64,000 bases of DNA. It comes from Cyanobacteriota bacterium (GTDB lineage: Bacteria > Cyanobacteriota > Cyanobacteriia > PCC-6307 > Cyanobiaceae). How positions within the stretch are numbered: the first letter of the stretch is position 1; each line of letters opens with the position of its first letter. This document shows, piece by piece, positions 16,471-24,615 of the stretch. Location: contig JAYKGZ010000107.1 in assembly GCA_035284925.1 (NCBI GenBank), forward strand, positions 18,134 to 82,133, read 5' to 3'. Under the pieces are notes generated by a model, which had not been told where the DNA came from, searched no databases, and saw only the letters and a list, made by a program, of their open reading frames with translations. A program made the position numbers and the translations under genes.

Positions 16471-18046
16471 CCAGCAGGGTCGGGGTCTGTGGTGGTGTGC
16501 GCGGGTACACCATCGGATCCAGCTGCAGGGTGACTGGAGGTGGGGCGAGCTCCGGCAGCTGCAGCAGCCCTGCTGGTTCGATCATCAAGGGCGGCGGAGT
16601 CACGTTCACATTCGCACCGTTGTTGTTCATCGATGCGCGTGCCAGCTCCAGTCTCCGTTCCTGTTCCTGAACCGAGGCCAATTGGCTCTCGGAGACCACG
16701 CTCAGAAGATGGCCTGGGGTGGCGTCGGCCGGATACACGAGGCTGACCCGCACGGGGTTGCTCTGGCCTGGCACCAGGTTGAGTGTTGTCAGCGGCAGGC
16801 TCTGTCCAGACCTGAGACCAACATGCACTTCCTGTACTCCCTCCAGTGTGGTGATCTGAAGCGAACCTCGAAACGCTGTGAAGTTGCGGCCTCCGATCGG
16901 CGTCGGGTGGCTGAACACCAGCTGGTAGGGTCCCCGGCCAGTCAGGTTCAGATCGAGATCAAAGCGCACTCCATAGGTTCCAACATTGTCAAGCGATGAG
17001 TCGATCATGCGGCTGGCCAGCGGATTCACCTGCACTTCGCCCGTGCCGAAGTTTGTGCGCACGGTGCTGGTCAGTGGAACATGCAAAGGGCCCTGAGCAC
17101 TGAGATCGTGGTTAATCGTGGCTGAGTAGGCATCGCCAATCGCCACACCCCCGACCCTCGAGAAAACACGACGTGTCTTGATGTCCGTGATCCGATTCAG
17201 ATAGACCCGCCCCGGAGCAAGCCGTCCCTCATCCAGAACTCTCAACAGGTCCGTATCGTCGGAGGGATTGCGTGCGGCCACAACCGCCATTTGGAAGGGC
17301 CCGCTGCTGCGGCCCTTCAGGAGGGCATTGGCGATCCCCAAGGCAGGCAGATCAGAGGTGAAGAAAACCACACGGCTGCGGGCAGGCAGGATGTATTCGT
17401 CCGACAATTTGCGATCAAGCTGTCCGCGAAGCATCTGGACGGCTGTTGCATCCCCGGGACCGGTATTCCATGGTCTGCGGCCAAGCGGCCGGACCCCGAT
17501 CTTGGCATTGCCGAGATAGGGGGCTTCAAAGCTGTTGCGAACGGCGCCCCGCTCAAATTGAAAGCTCACGGGCAAGGGTCCCGGATTGATCAGGATCAAG
17601 CCAATGGTGAGCTCTGTTCTTCGTTCACCCGATCGAATCGAGTTCCGATAGGCTGGAAAATATTTGTGATGAAGATGAATGCCGAATTCACCATTGAACG
17701 TGAATTCGGCATTCTTCAGTTGTTGCCCAGTTTCCGCCGCATAGGAGGTGCCAGGGGTGGTGCTGATCAGGATTCCAGGCCCCTCCACTTCCTCCGGCTG
17801 GTTGGAGTGAAGAACGGGCACCTGGTTGAAGCGTCCATTCAGGGGTCTGGCCGACTGTCCGGCCATCAGGGCTACATAGGCGTTGGCCGGCACGGCATCG
17901 ACCAGGCCTATGCAGGCGATCCCGATCAGCAGACGACGAAGGGAAGGAGTCGGTTTCACCGTCTTGAGCAGGCCCCGGAACCGGATCGCCGCACGCGCAA
18001 AATCCTGTGGGATCACCGCGGAGCCCGACCTGGGTATCTCAGCCAT
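16409..18046 (-). CDS. conserved cyanobacterial exported protein (possibly DUF3370 family)
   Basis: The track ORF starts at GTG 18064 and ATG is at 18046. N-terminal signal/anchor LLIGIACIGLVDAVPANA, then a long beta-rich body and a Pro-rich C-terminus. The family name is from memory only. Confidence 0.55.
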   Translation of the reverse strand: MAEIPRSGSAVIPQDFARAAIRFRGLLKTVKPTPSLRRLLIGIACIGLVDAVPANAYVALMAGQSARPLNGRFNQVPVLHSNQPEEVEGPGILISTTPGTSYAAETGQQLKNAEFTFNGEFGIHLHHKYFPAYRNSIRSGERRTELTIGLILINPGPLPVSFQFERGAVRNSFEAPYLGNAKIGVRPLGRRPWNTGPGDATAVQMLRGQLDRKLSDEYILPARSRVVFFTSDLPALGIANALLKGRSSGPFQMAVVAARNPSDDTDLLRVLDEGRLAPGRVYLNRITDIKTRRVFSRVGGVAIGDAYSATINHDLSAQGPLHVPLTSTVRTNFGTGEVQVNPLASRMIDSSLDNVGTYGVRFDLDLNLTGRGPYQLVFSHPTPIGGRNFTAFRGSLQITTLEGVQEVHVGLRSGQSLPLTTLNLVPGQSNPVRVSLVYPADATPGHLLSVVSESQLASVQEQERRLELARASMNNNGANVNVTPPPLMIEPAGLLQLPELAPPPVTLQLDPMVYPRTPPQTPTLLDGYQPTVEAQQQRIRGLQEN

Positions 18047-18120
18047 TTCTGGGCAGTGGGGCACAACACGCGGACGGGGGGCTCAGATCGCTAAAACCAA
18101 CTAGCGCCCAATAGTTTCTC

Positions 18121-18312
18121 ATGCTTCCTCCGTTTGCCTGCTGTGCTCCCGGTGCAGAGGTTTCAAAAGCCTGGCGCCAGCACCAGGAGCACAAGCTCCG
18201 CATGCTTCGCTTCTGGCGGGATTCCCTGGAGCGTCAGCTGGCTGCCGCCGAAGCCGCTGTCAGCACCCTGGAGCGGCAGATGGACAGAGACGCCGCCCAG
18301 CAGGCCGGTTGA
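18121..18312 (+). CDS. small hypothetical coiled-coil protein (63 aa)
   Basis: ATG start with GC-rich third positions. WRQHQEHKLRMLRFWRDSLERQLAAAEAAVSTLERQM is helical and looks protein-like. Its 3' end overlaps the convergent sigma-factor gene by 53 nt. No family recognised. Confidence 0.4.
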   Translation: MLPPFACCAPGAEVSKAWRQHQEHKLRMLRFWRDSLERQLAAAEAAVSTLERQMDRDAAQQAG

Positions 18313-18988
18313 CGCCCATCTCCCGGCGGAGTCGCTCAAGACCAAGCGCCAGCCTTCGTTTCACAGTCATCGGGCTCACGTTCAATTGTCGAGCCGTCTG
18401 CCGGTAACTCCAACCTGAGATCACGATGCTGCGCACCACCGCCTGAAGCGGGGCCTCCAGGCCACCCAGGGCTTGCAGAGCTTGATCACTGCCAGAGTCC
18501 TCCTGACAGGCCGAGGTAGCCTCCCCCAACTCCACAGCAAGGTCAGGTGCGTCGAGGCTCACCATCGAGTTGAGCCTCCTTGCCAGCTCGAGCTGCTCCC
18601 AGCCTTGTTCTGACAACCCCATCGCCCGGCGGATCGTCTCGTCGGTCACCAGCAGGCCACCTTGATGGCGAATGCTGGAGACACAGCGCCGCCGCAGGTC
18701 GAGCTGTTCACTCACTCGCCGCGGCAGCCGGATCGGCTGAACCCGATCCCGCAGATAGTGAAGGATCGCTCCCCGAATGTGTGGTCGAGCGAAGGCATCA
18801 AAAGGAGTGCTGCTATTTGCGTTGTAAAGCTCAGCTGCACGCAGCAGCCCCAGCAGCCCCACCTGCTCAAGATCCTCCTGGGGTTCAGGGGTCCGGTGGG
18901 CGTAGTGATGGGCGATGGGTCGCACCAGTCGCCGATAGGTTTCCACCCGCCTGTTTCGCCGATCGATGGCGTCGGTCTTGGTTTTCAT
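18260..18988 (-). CDS. RNA polymerase sigma factor, sigma-70 family group 3 (SigF-like)
   Basis: Region 2 reads EDLEQVGLLGLLRAAELY...FARPHIRGAILHYLRD. The region 4 HTH reads WSYRQTARQLNVSPMTVKRRL. The likely start is MKTKTDAIDRRN at ATG 18988; the track ORF extends to 19051. Confidence 0.75.
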   Translation of the reverse strand: MKTKTDAIDRRNRRVETYRRLVRPIAHHYAHRTPEPQEDLEQVGLLGLLRAAELYNANSSTPFDAFARPHIRGAILHYLRDRVQPIRLPRRVSEQLDLRRRCVSSIRHQGGLLVTDETIRRAMGLSEQGWEQLELARRLNSMVSLDAPDLAVELGEATSACQEDSGSDQALQALGGLEAPLQAVVRSIVISGWSYRQTARQLNVSPMTVKRRLALGLERLRREMGVNRPAGRRLCPSAAPGC

Positions 18989-19099
18989 GGGAATGAAGAG
19001 GAGATGTAGGAGCCGCCGGTAAGCGGCCAGCCTGTAGCGGCCTTTTTCCACTCAGCAACGCGAATCGCCCACTTCGCATCCGTGAAAACACTGAATTTC

Positions 19100-19963
19100 T
19101 CAGTTCCTTGGTGGGAGCTGCAGGGTCGGGGTTGCCACGGCCTGGAGCAAGGCCCACGGCCCATGTCGAAGCAGCCAATCCAGATTGGAGTGCTCGGTCT
19201 GCAGAAGGCAGCCTGCAAAGCCCAGGGCATTCACACTGAACCCCGCCACCGCCTCTCGGCAGCGGCGTACGGTCACGAACCAACGGTCATCGAACAGCAG
19301 GTTGTAGGGATGCAGCGGGTGCGGATCCACCCTGGGATCTCCGAGACCCAGAGCTGCCATGTGGGAGAGGTAAAGCCCTTCCAGGTCGCCATGACCTTCC
19401 GGATCGCTCCGCAGGCTCAGCTGGCAGGCCCAGGGAAAGCGGTGGCTGCCGTGGTCTTCTGCCAGGTCGGTCAGTGCAGCCCAGAAATCCTCCGCCAGAG
19501 GACAGCTCGGTTCTCCCTCTTTCCGGGGCAGCAGTTGCAGGTGCCGGTGTGGCTGACTGGCACCGGCGGCGCTGCAGCTGTTGAAGAACCAGAGTCCACC
19601 CGTATCCCGGGCCACCGCGCTGACGGCAGCCCAGTCACGGGAATCAACCCAGCCGGCCTGTGGAGCCCAGTGGTCGGTGATCAGCAGGACATGTCCGGAT
19701 TGCACGGGATATTTGTTGAGGATCAGCACGTGCCCCTGTTGCGGTCGCGCCACTTCCAGGGCCGGTTCCCAGGGGAGGAACGGATTGGGCCTTGGGCCCC
19801 CAGCTCGCAGATGCTTGGGAGTGCGGCTCATCAGTCGCCGCAACTGGAAGGGTGCCAGCTCCGGGGCCACAACCAGATCAGTGCTGAGGGGCACAAGGTT
19901 CCCACTGGCCAGAGCCGTTTCGGCCCTGGCCAGGGCACGTGCCCACAGGGACTCAGCCCGCAC
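19100..19963 (-). CDS. ATP adenylyltransferase / Ap4A phosphorylase II-like (HIT-related)
   Basis: 287 aa with a GTG start. LILNKYPVQSGHVLLIT and the H-x-H-x-Q nucleotidyl-transfer motif SQPHRHLQLLP. Confidence 0.65.
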   Translation of the reverse strand: MRAESLWARALARAETALASGNLVPLSTDLVVAPELAPFQLRRLMSRTPKHLRAGGPRPNPFLPWEPALEVARPQQGHVLILNKYPVQSGHVLLITDHWAPQAGWVDSRDWAAVSAVARDTGGLWFFNSCSAAGASQPHRHLQLLPRKEGEPSCPLAEDFWAALTDLAEDHGSHRFPWACQLSLRSDPEGHGDLEGLYLSHMAALGLGDPRVDPHPLHPYNLLFDDRWFVTVRRCREAVAGFSVNALGFAGCLLQTEHSNLDWLLRHGPWALLQAVATPTLQLPPRN

Positions 19964-20930
19964 CAGCCTTCAGCCGTGCAAGAGACGCCCCCTGGTAGAA
20001 GCGGCCCAGGATTTCGTTGTATCGCAACCCCTGCTTGGCCAGGTCGTGGGCCCCGTGCTGACTCATGCTCGCTCCCAGGTGCCCATGGGCCTCCAAGGTG
20101 ATCTGACGGTTGGCGGCGTAGAGGCTCTCCACAATTCCTCCCTGGTAACTCAGAATCAGCCCGGTGGTGCCTGAGACAGCCTCGCGTGAGCGGTCGCTGG
20201 TGCTCGTCAGGCCCCGATAGGCCTGCCAGCGGGTGGTGTCGCCAAGGTGCCAGTGACGGCTGGCCGGTCTGGCCATATGGGCCAGCGCATAGGAGCGGGC
20301 TGCAACCGCCTGGGCCTTGAGGGCCTCCATCGCCCAGCTGCTGGGCATTTCCGCCCCAACCACAGAGGACACGTAGGTCTCAAGAGGCAGATGGTTCACC
20401 ACCAGGACTCCGCCACCATCCCGGATCAGCCGCAACCGCCCTGGGTAGGGAACGCCATTCACCACAACGGTGCCAGCTGGTGCCATCAGCCAGGCTTCAC
20501 CCACCTGCTCCGTCCACTGGGCGGAAACCGTTGCCTGGGCGGCTCCCTGAAGCAGGATCCTCCCCTCGCGGCTGATCAACTGCCAGGGGGCATCAGCCGT
20601 CAGGCTGGGCTCCGACCCCGCCCTCAGCAGGGCCACCCGGATCTCGAGGTCCAGAGGTCGGCCGGGGGCAGGTTCCTGGAGCCCCAGGCGCTGGCTCTGT
20701 ACGGATCGCAGACTCTGCGCCTCCACCTGCGTATCCTGCGGGGGGGCGGGCGTCTCTGAGAGGGCTTCCAGCAGGCTGGCGTCGTGGTCAACTGCCCCCC
20801 GAAGCGTGAGGCCCTGCATGCTGAAGCCGATGGCCACAGCGGTGAGGGCCATCGGTCCTCCTAGCCAGATCCGTCTTCGAATCAGGATTCCCTTGATCAG
20901 CGGGACAGCAGAAGCTCCCATTCCCCGCAT
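19953..20930 (-). CDS. SpoIID/LytB-domain protein
   Basis: VVGAEMPSSWAMEALKAQAVAARSYALAH...YQGG.VESLY, typical of the SpoIID family. Start chosen at ATG 20930, just before the RRRIW-LGGPMALTAVAIGF signal anchor. The track ORF extends to 21011. Confidence 0.7.
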   Translation of the reverse strand: MRGMGASAVPLIKGILIRRRIWLGGPMALTAVAIGFSMQGLTLRGAVDHDASLLEALSETPAPPQDTQVEAQSLRSVQSQRLGLQEPAPGRPLDLEIRVALLRAGSEPSLTADAPWQLISREGRILLQGAAQATVSAQWTEQVGEAWLMAPAGTVVVNGVPYPGRLRLIRDGGGVLVVNHLPLETYVSSVVGAEMPSSWAMEALKAQAVAARSYALAHMARPASRHWHLGDTTRWQAYRGLTSTSDRSREAVSGTTGLILSYQGGIVESLYAANRQITLEAHGHLGASMSQHGAHDLAKQGLRYNEILGRFYQGASLARLKAGAG

Positions 20931-21793
20931 GCGGGCTCCCCAGGCTCGAAATGGAGATTGCCGTCCCACAGCAGATGGCCTGTACCGAGCAGTTCGATCT
21001 TCCCTGAGCATGATCGACGGCAGACCATTCCGCCTGGGCGGGTGGACGGCTGCCAGCCCACCACCTCGTTCTTTCCGGTCTTCTCGAACCAGTAAGGCGC
21101 GACCAGCGCATGGGCTGATCCAGTGACGGGATCTTCCGGGATGCCGAGACCTGGCGCAAAAAAGCGCAACTCGTAATCAGCACGCAACCCCTTGAGGGCC
21201 GGGATCAGGGATCGCTGGCCTTCCACGGCCGACATCACCACCAACCCGCACCGTTCGCCTCCATGAAGGTCGGCGGCGAGATCCGTCAGTCCACTCAGGT
21301 CGCTCCCCGGAGGAAGCAGGGCCACGTGGTAGCCGAGATCGCTGGTCCAGTAGCCGGCAACGGAACGGCCACTGCGGCAGAGCAGGAGTTCCTGGAGCTC
21401 GGGGGAGATCGAGCTCCTGGTCAACCCCGAACTGGGCAGAACAATGCTGGCCCCGGCAGGTTCCCGTGGGTGCAGCCTGCTTTCCAGTCGGCCACTACGC
21501 GTGTGGAACACGACGCCCGCGCCGGGCTTGAGTTCCCCCCAGTGACCCAGAGCCAGAACAGTGGCCAGGGTGGCATGGCCGCAGAGATCCACCTCACAGC
21601 TTGGGGAGAACCAACGCAGCAACCAGACTCCATTCCAGTGCAGGGCGAAGGCGCTTTCGGACTGCTTCAGGCTGGCGGCCAGAGTCTGCAGGGTGGAGGA
21701 GCCCAGGGGAGAGTTCAGGCGCACCACAGCCGCACCGTTCCCGGTTCCAGTTCCCGAGCTGAAGGCCTCGATCAGAACGGCTGGAGAGGTCAT
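20897..21793 (-). CDS. PhzF-family isomerase
   Basis: IEAFSSGTGTGNGAAVV...ESAF...WFSPSCEVDLCGHATLA is the PhzF fold signature. ATG 21793 forms an ATGA overlap with the gpsA stop. The track start is 21802. Confidence 0.7.
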   Translation of the reverse strand: MTSPAVLIEAFSSGTGTGNGAAVVRLNSPLGSSTLQTLAASLKQSESAFALHWNGVWLLRWFSPSCEVDLCGHATLATVLALGHWGELKPGAGVVFHTRSGRLESRLHPREPAGASIVLPSSGLTRSSISPELQELLLCRSGRSVAGYWTSDLGYHVALLPPGSDLSGLTDLAADLHGGERCGLVVMSAVEGQRSLIPALKGLRADYELRFFAPGLGIPEDPVTGSAHALVAPYWFEKTGKNEVVGWQPSTRPGGMVCRRSCSGKIELLGTGHLLWDGNLHFEPGEPACGEWELLLSR

Positions 21794-22710
21794 TGGCTCC
21801 ATTCAGGCCGAAGTCCACGTTGCATCAGGGCTCTCACCGCCTCATCCGGCCGCGTTCGTCCTTCGAGCACGGCCAGCACCTGCTCACAGATGGGCAGGTT
21901 CCAGTTCCGTTGTCGGGACAGCTGGATGGCCGCGCGCACGGTACGGGGGCCTTCCACCGTGGCTCCGATGGTTTCCACGGCCCTGGTCTCATCGAGTCCT
22001 TCGGCGAGCAGCAGTCCACAGCGGTAGTTCCGGCTCAGCGGGCTGTTCGCCGTCGCCAGCAGGTCGCCGAGCCCGGCCAGCCCATACAGGCTGGTGGATT
22101 GACCGCCGAGCCCTTGCACCACCACCCCCATTTCCGCCAGTCCGCGACAGAGCAGTGAGGCCTTCGCGTTGGCGCCGAGTGCGAGCCCGTCACAGATTCC
22201 CGCCGCCACGGCCATCACGTTCTTGAGGGCCGCCGCAGCTTCAACCCCAACTGGATCCCGGCTTCGATACAGCCTGAGGATGTCGCTGCTGAGCTGCTCC
22301 TGAAGCCTGGAGGCCAGTGCCTCATTCTCAGAGGCGATCACGCTCGCGGCCGGGAGTCCCTGGGCCAGCTCGCCGGCCAGATTGGGGCCGCTCAGAGTCA
22401 GCAGAGGTACATCTGGAAGGTGGCCGCCCCAAACCTGGGTTGGGGTGGCGTGACGGTTCGGGTCAATCCCTTTGCTGCAGCTCATCAGGGGGCGTCCAGC
22501 TGGCCAGCGAGGCGCGAGCTGCTTCGCCAGGGGCTCCACACCCTGCATCGCCACCGCCACCACCACCAGGTCCGCCTCCGGCAGCAGGGAAGCGGGATCC
22601 CCGCCCAGATGCCGGCTCCAGCTGATCAGCCGATGTCCCTGATGCTCCCAGAGGTCGTGAAGAGTGCGACCCCAAGCCCCGAGGCCAAGCATGGCGATCG
22701 TGAGAGTCAT
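21790..22710 (-). CDS. gpsA: NAD(P)H-dependent glycerol-3-phosphate dehydrogenase
   Basis: 306 aa. N-terminal Rossmann IAMLGLGAWGRTL, then SCSKGI, LSGPNLAGE and NVMAVAAGICDGL. Confidence 0.9.
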   Translation of the reverse strand: MTLTIAMLGLGAWGRTLHDLWEHQGHRLISWSRHLGGDPASLLPEADLVVVAVAMQGVEPLAKQLAPRWPAGRPLMSCSKGIDPNRHATPTQVWGGHLPDVPLLTLSGPNLAGELAQGLPAASVIASENEALASRLQEQLSSDILRLYRSRDPVGVEAAAALKNVMAVAAGICDGLALGANAKASLLCRGLAEMGVVVQGLGGQSTSLYGLAGLGDLLATANSPLSRNYRCGLLLAEGLDETRAVETIGATVEGPRTVRAAIQLSRQRNWNLPICEQVLAVLEGRTRPDEAVRALMQRGLRPEWSQ

Positions 22711-22734
22711 CGAATCTGGACATGCGGGGCCATC

Positions 22735-23517
22735 ATGGGTCAGGTGATGGCAGCCAGTTCAAACCAGGGGCCTGCAGGCCGTGAACCGCTCTCGCTTTGG
22801 CGAGGAACCGCTCTGGTGGTTGGCAGCGGGGGGATCGGGTCAGCCCTGCTCGCCGCGCTGTCGGTCAGGGCTCCGGGGTTGACGCTGGTCACCACCCATC
22901 GCTCTGGCCATGGCGCTGAGCCATTCCCAGCGATTCGCTCGGTTCCGCTCGACCTCACCGAGGATTCCAGCCTTTCAGCTCTGCCCGGACACCTCGCCGG
23001 CCTGCCCCCGCTGAGGCTGGTGATCAACACGGCCGGGCTGCTGCACGACGCTGAACTTCAGCCTGAAAAGCGTCTGTCGCGGATCTCACGGGCCAACCTG
23101 GAGCGCAGCTTCGCCGTGAACGCCTTCGGCCCGGTGCTACTCGCCGCCGCGCTGGCCCCGCTTCTGCGGCGCGATCGGCCGCTTCATTTCGCCAGCCTGT
23201 CCGCCAGGGTGGGCAGCATCGGAGACAACCGCTCCGGTGGCTGGTACAGCTACCGAGCTGCCAAGGCCGCCCAGAATCAGCTACTGCGCACCCTCGCCCT
23301 TGAGTGGCAGCGAACCCTCCCCATGGCCTGTGTGTGTCTGCTGCATCCAGGCACGACGGCCACCCGGCTCTCGGAGCCCTTTCAGGCCGGAGTGGCGCCG
23401 GAGAGGTTGTTCACACCCCAGCACACTGCCCAGCTTCTGCTCACCGTGGTGGAGGCCCTTTCGCCGGGCGACAGCGGCCAGTTCCTGGCCTGGGATGGTC
23501 AGCGGATCCCCTGGTGA
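22735..23517 (+). CDS. short-chain dehydrogenase/reductase (SDR) family oxidoreductase
   Basis: Cofactor motif ALVVGSGGIGSAL, NTAG, and catalytic YSYRAAK (Y-x3-K). Start ATG 22735. The first 105 codons of the track ORF are antisense to gpsA. Confidence 0.75.
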   Translation: MGQVMAASSNQGPAGREPLSLWRGTALVVGSGGIGSALLAALSVRAPGLTLVTTHRSGHGAEPFPAIRSVPLDLTEDSSLSALPGHLAGLPPLRLVINTAGLLHDAELQPEKRLSRISRANLERSFAVNAFGPVLLAAALAPLLRRDRPLHFASLSARVGSIGDNRSGGWYSYRAAKAAQNQLLRTLALEWQRTLPMACVCLLHPGTTATRLSEPFQAGVAPERLFTPQHTAQLLLTVVEALSPGDSGQFLAWDGQRIPW

Positions 23518-23536
23518 TGTCAGCGCCAACCAGGGA

Positions 23537-23914
23537 CTAAACGGCGTGTCGCTCAAGCAGTTCAAGTGGGATCAGCTTCAGGGTGCTGATCTCGGTTGCT
23601 TCAAGTCTCACGGGGGGTGCCACCCCGTCGTCGTAGGCCTCCAGCCATCGGGGCGCACAGACGCACCAATGGTCTCCAGCCTTCAGGCCGGGGAACCTGA
23701 GCGACGGGCGGGGGGTGATCAGGTCGTTCCCCTGGGCCCGGCTGTAGTTCAGGAATGTGTCGTCCACCACGCAGCAGACCGTGTGCCGTCCGAGGTCGCC
23801 ACTGTCACTTCGACAGAAGCCATCGCGCGTCCAGCCGGTCAGCGGTTGACAACCGCAGACTTCCAGTGGCTTGCCCAGAACGTTCAGATCTCCGCTGCTG
23901 TTGGCCGGATTCAT
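23537..23914 (-). CDS. DUF2237-family protein
   Basis: 125 aa from ATG 23914. NVLGKPLEVCGCQPLTGWTRDGFCRSDSGDLGRHTVCCVVDDTFLNYSRAQGNDLITPRPSLRFPGLKAGDHWCVCAPRW matches the DUF2237 pattern. The upstream part of the 259-aa track ORF is not coding. Confidence 0.75.
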   Translation of the reverse strand: MNPANSSGDLNVLGKPLEVCGCQPLTGWTRDGFCRSDSGDLGRHTVCCVVDDTFLNYSRAQGNDLITPRPSLRFPGLKAGDHWCVCAPRWLEAYDDGVAPPVRLEATEISTLKLIPLELLERHAV

Positions 23915-24064
23915 GGGGGTCTCGGGGCCTGTGAGCAGTCTGTCGACAGCCGTCCTGATCCGGGGATACCTGATCAAATCGTTCCGGGAGGTTGACGAAA
24001 TCCGGGGGGTAAGCGTTAAAGGTCGGAGGGACAACTCCTTCATCCCGATCACGGCCACACCTTC

Positions 24065-24292
24065 ATGAGCTGGGAATTCACCGAAGATGCGGCCTTCATG
24101 GCCCTCTGCGACGCTTACAAGGAAAGCGGTGAGCCCTCGGCCATGGAGTTCCTTGCCCACGGTGAAGGGGCGTTCCATTTCCAGGAGCTCACCCAGAATG
24201 CGGCGGGCGAGGGCATCGATCTGAGCGACTCCGATGACCTCGAGGACTTTCAGCAGGAGGTGATCGATGCCCTGGAGGAACTGTGCAGCTGA
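24065..24292 (+). CDS. small acidic hypothetical protein (75 aa)
   Basis: ATG start, GC-rich third positions, and a non-shadow composition (MSWEFTEDAAFMALCDAYKES...DLSDSDDLEDFQQEVIDALEELCS). No family recognised. Confidence 0.5.
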   Translation: MSWEFTEDAAFMALCDAYKESGEPSAMEFLAHGEGAFHFQELTQNAAGEGIDLSDSDDLEDFQQEVIDALEELCS

Positions 24293-24296
24293 GGAT

Positions 24297-24569
24297 TCAG
24301 CCGTAGAAGAAGGCAATTTCTTTGGGCTTCAGGCCTTCCCAGCCAGCTTGCTGAAGCCTGGCGTCGAGGGTCGGCTGATCCAGGTGCTTGCTCCCGGTTC
24401 TCACCACCCTGTTGCGCATCGACTTGAGCACCCCGCTGCGCTTGCGCTGGTTCTCCAGCTCCATCACCTCGTTGTAGAGGGTGAGCATCGCTTCCGGAAT
24501 GGGCGAGCCATCCAGATCAAGGCCAGCTCGAATCGCAGCATCGATACCGTCAGGGCCGGCAATCGCCAT
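24297..24569 (-). CDS. conserved hypothetical protein (90 aa)
   Basis: ATG 24569, 46 nt downstream of metH on the same strand. Protein-like composition (LYNEVMELENQRKRSGVLKSMRNRVV...GLKPKEIAFFYG). Family not recognised. Confidence 0.5.
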   Translation of the reverse strand: MAIAGPDGIDAAIRAGLDLDGSPIPEAMLTLYNEVMELENQRKRSGVLKSMRNRVVRTGSKHLDQPTLDARLQQAGWEGLKPKEIAFFYG

Positions 24570-24615
24570 GGTTCCAATCGGTTTGGGGCAAGCGGAGGCT
24601 AGAGGCTCGCTTGGT

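Noticed and set aside
23537-24316. 259-aa minus-strand track ORF.
   Set aside because: Only the last 125 codons (from ATG 23914) match DUF2237. The upstream part overlaps a better-looking plus-strand acidic ORF (24065-24292) and a 150-bp spacer.
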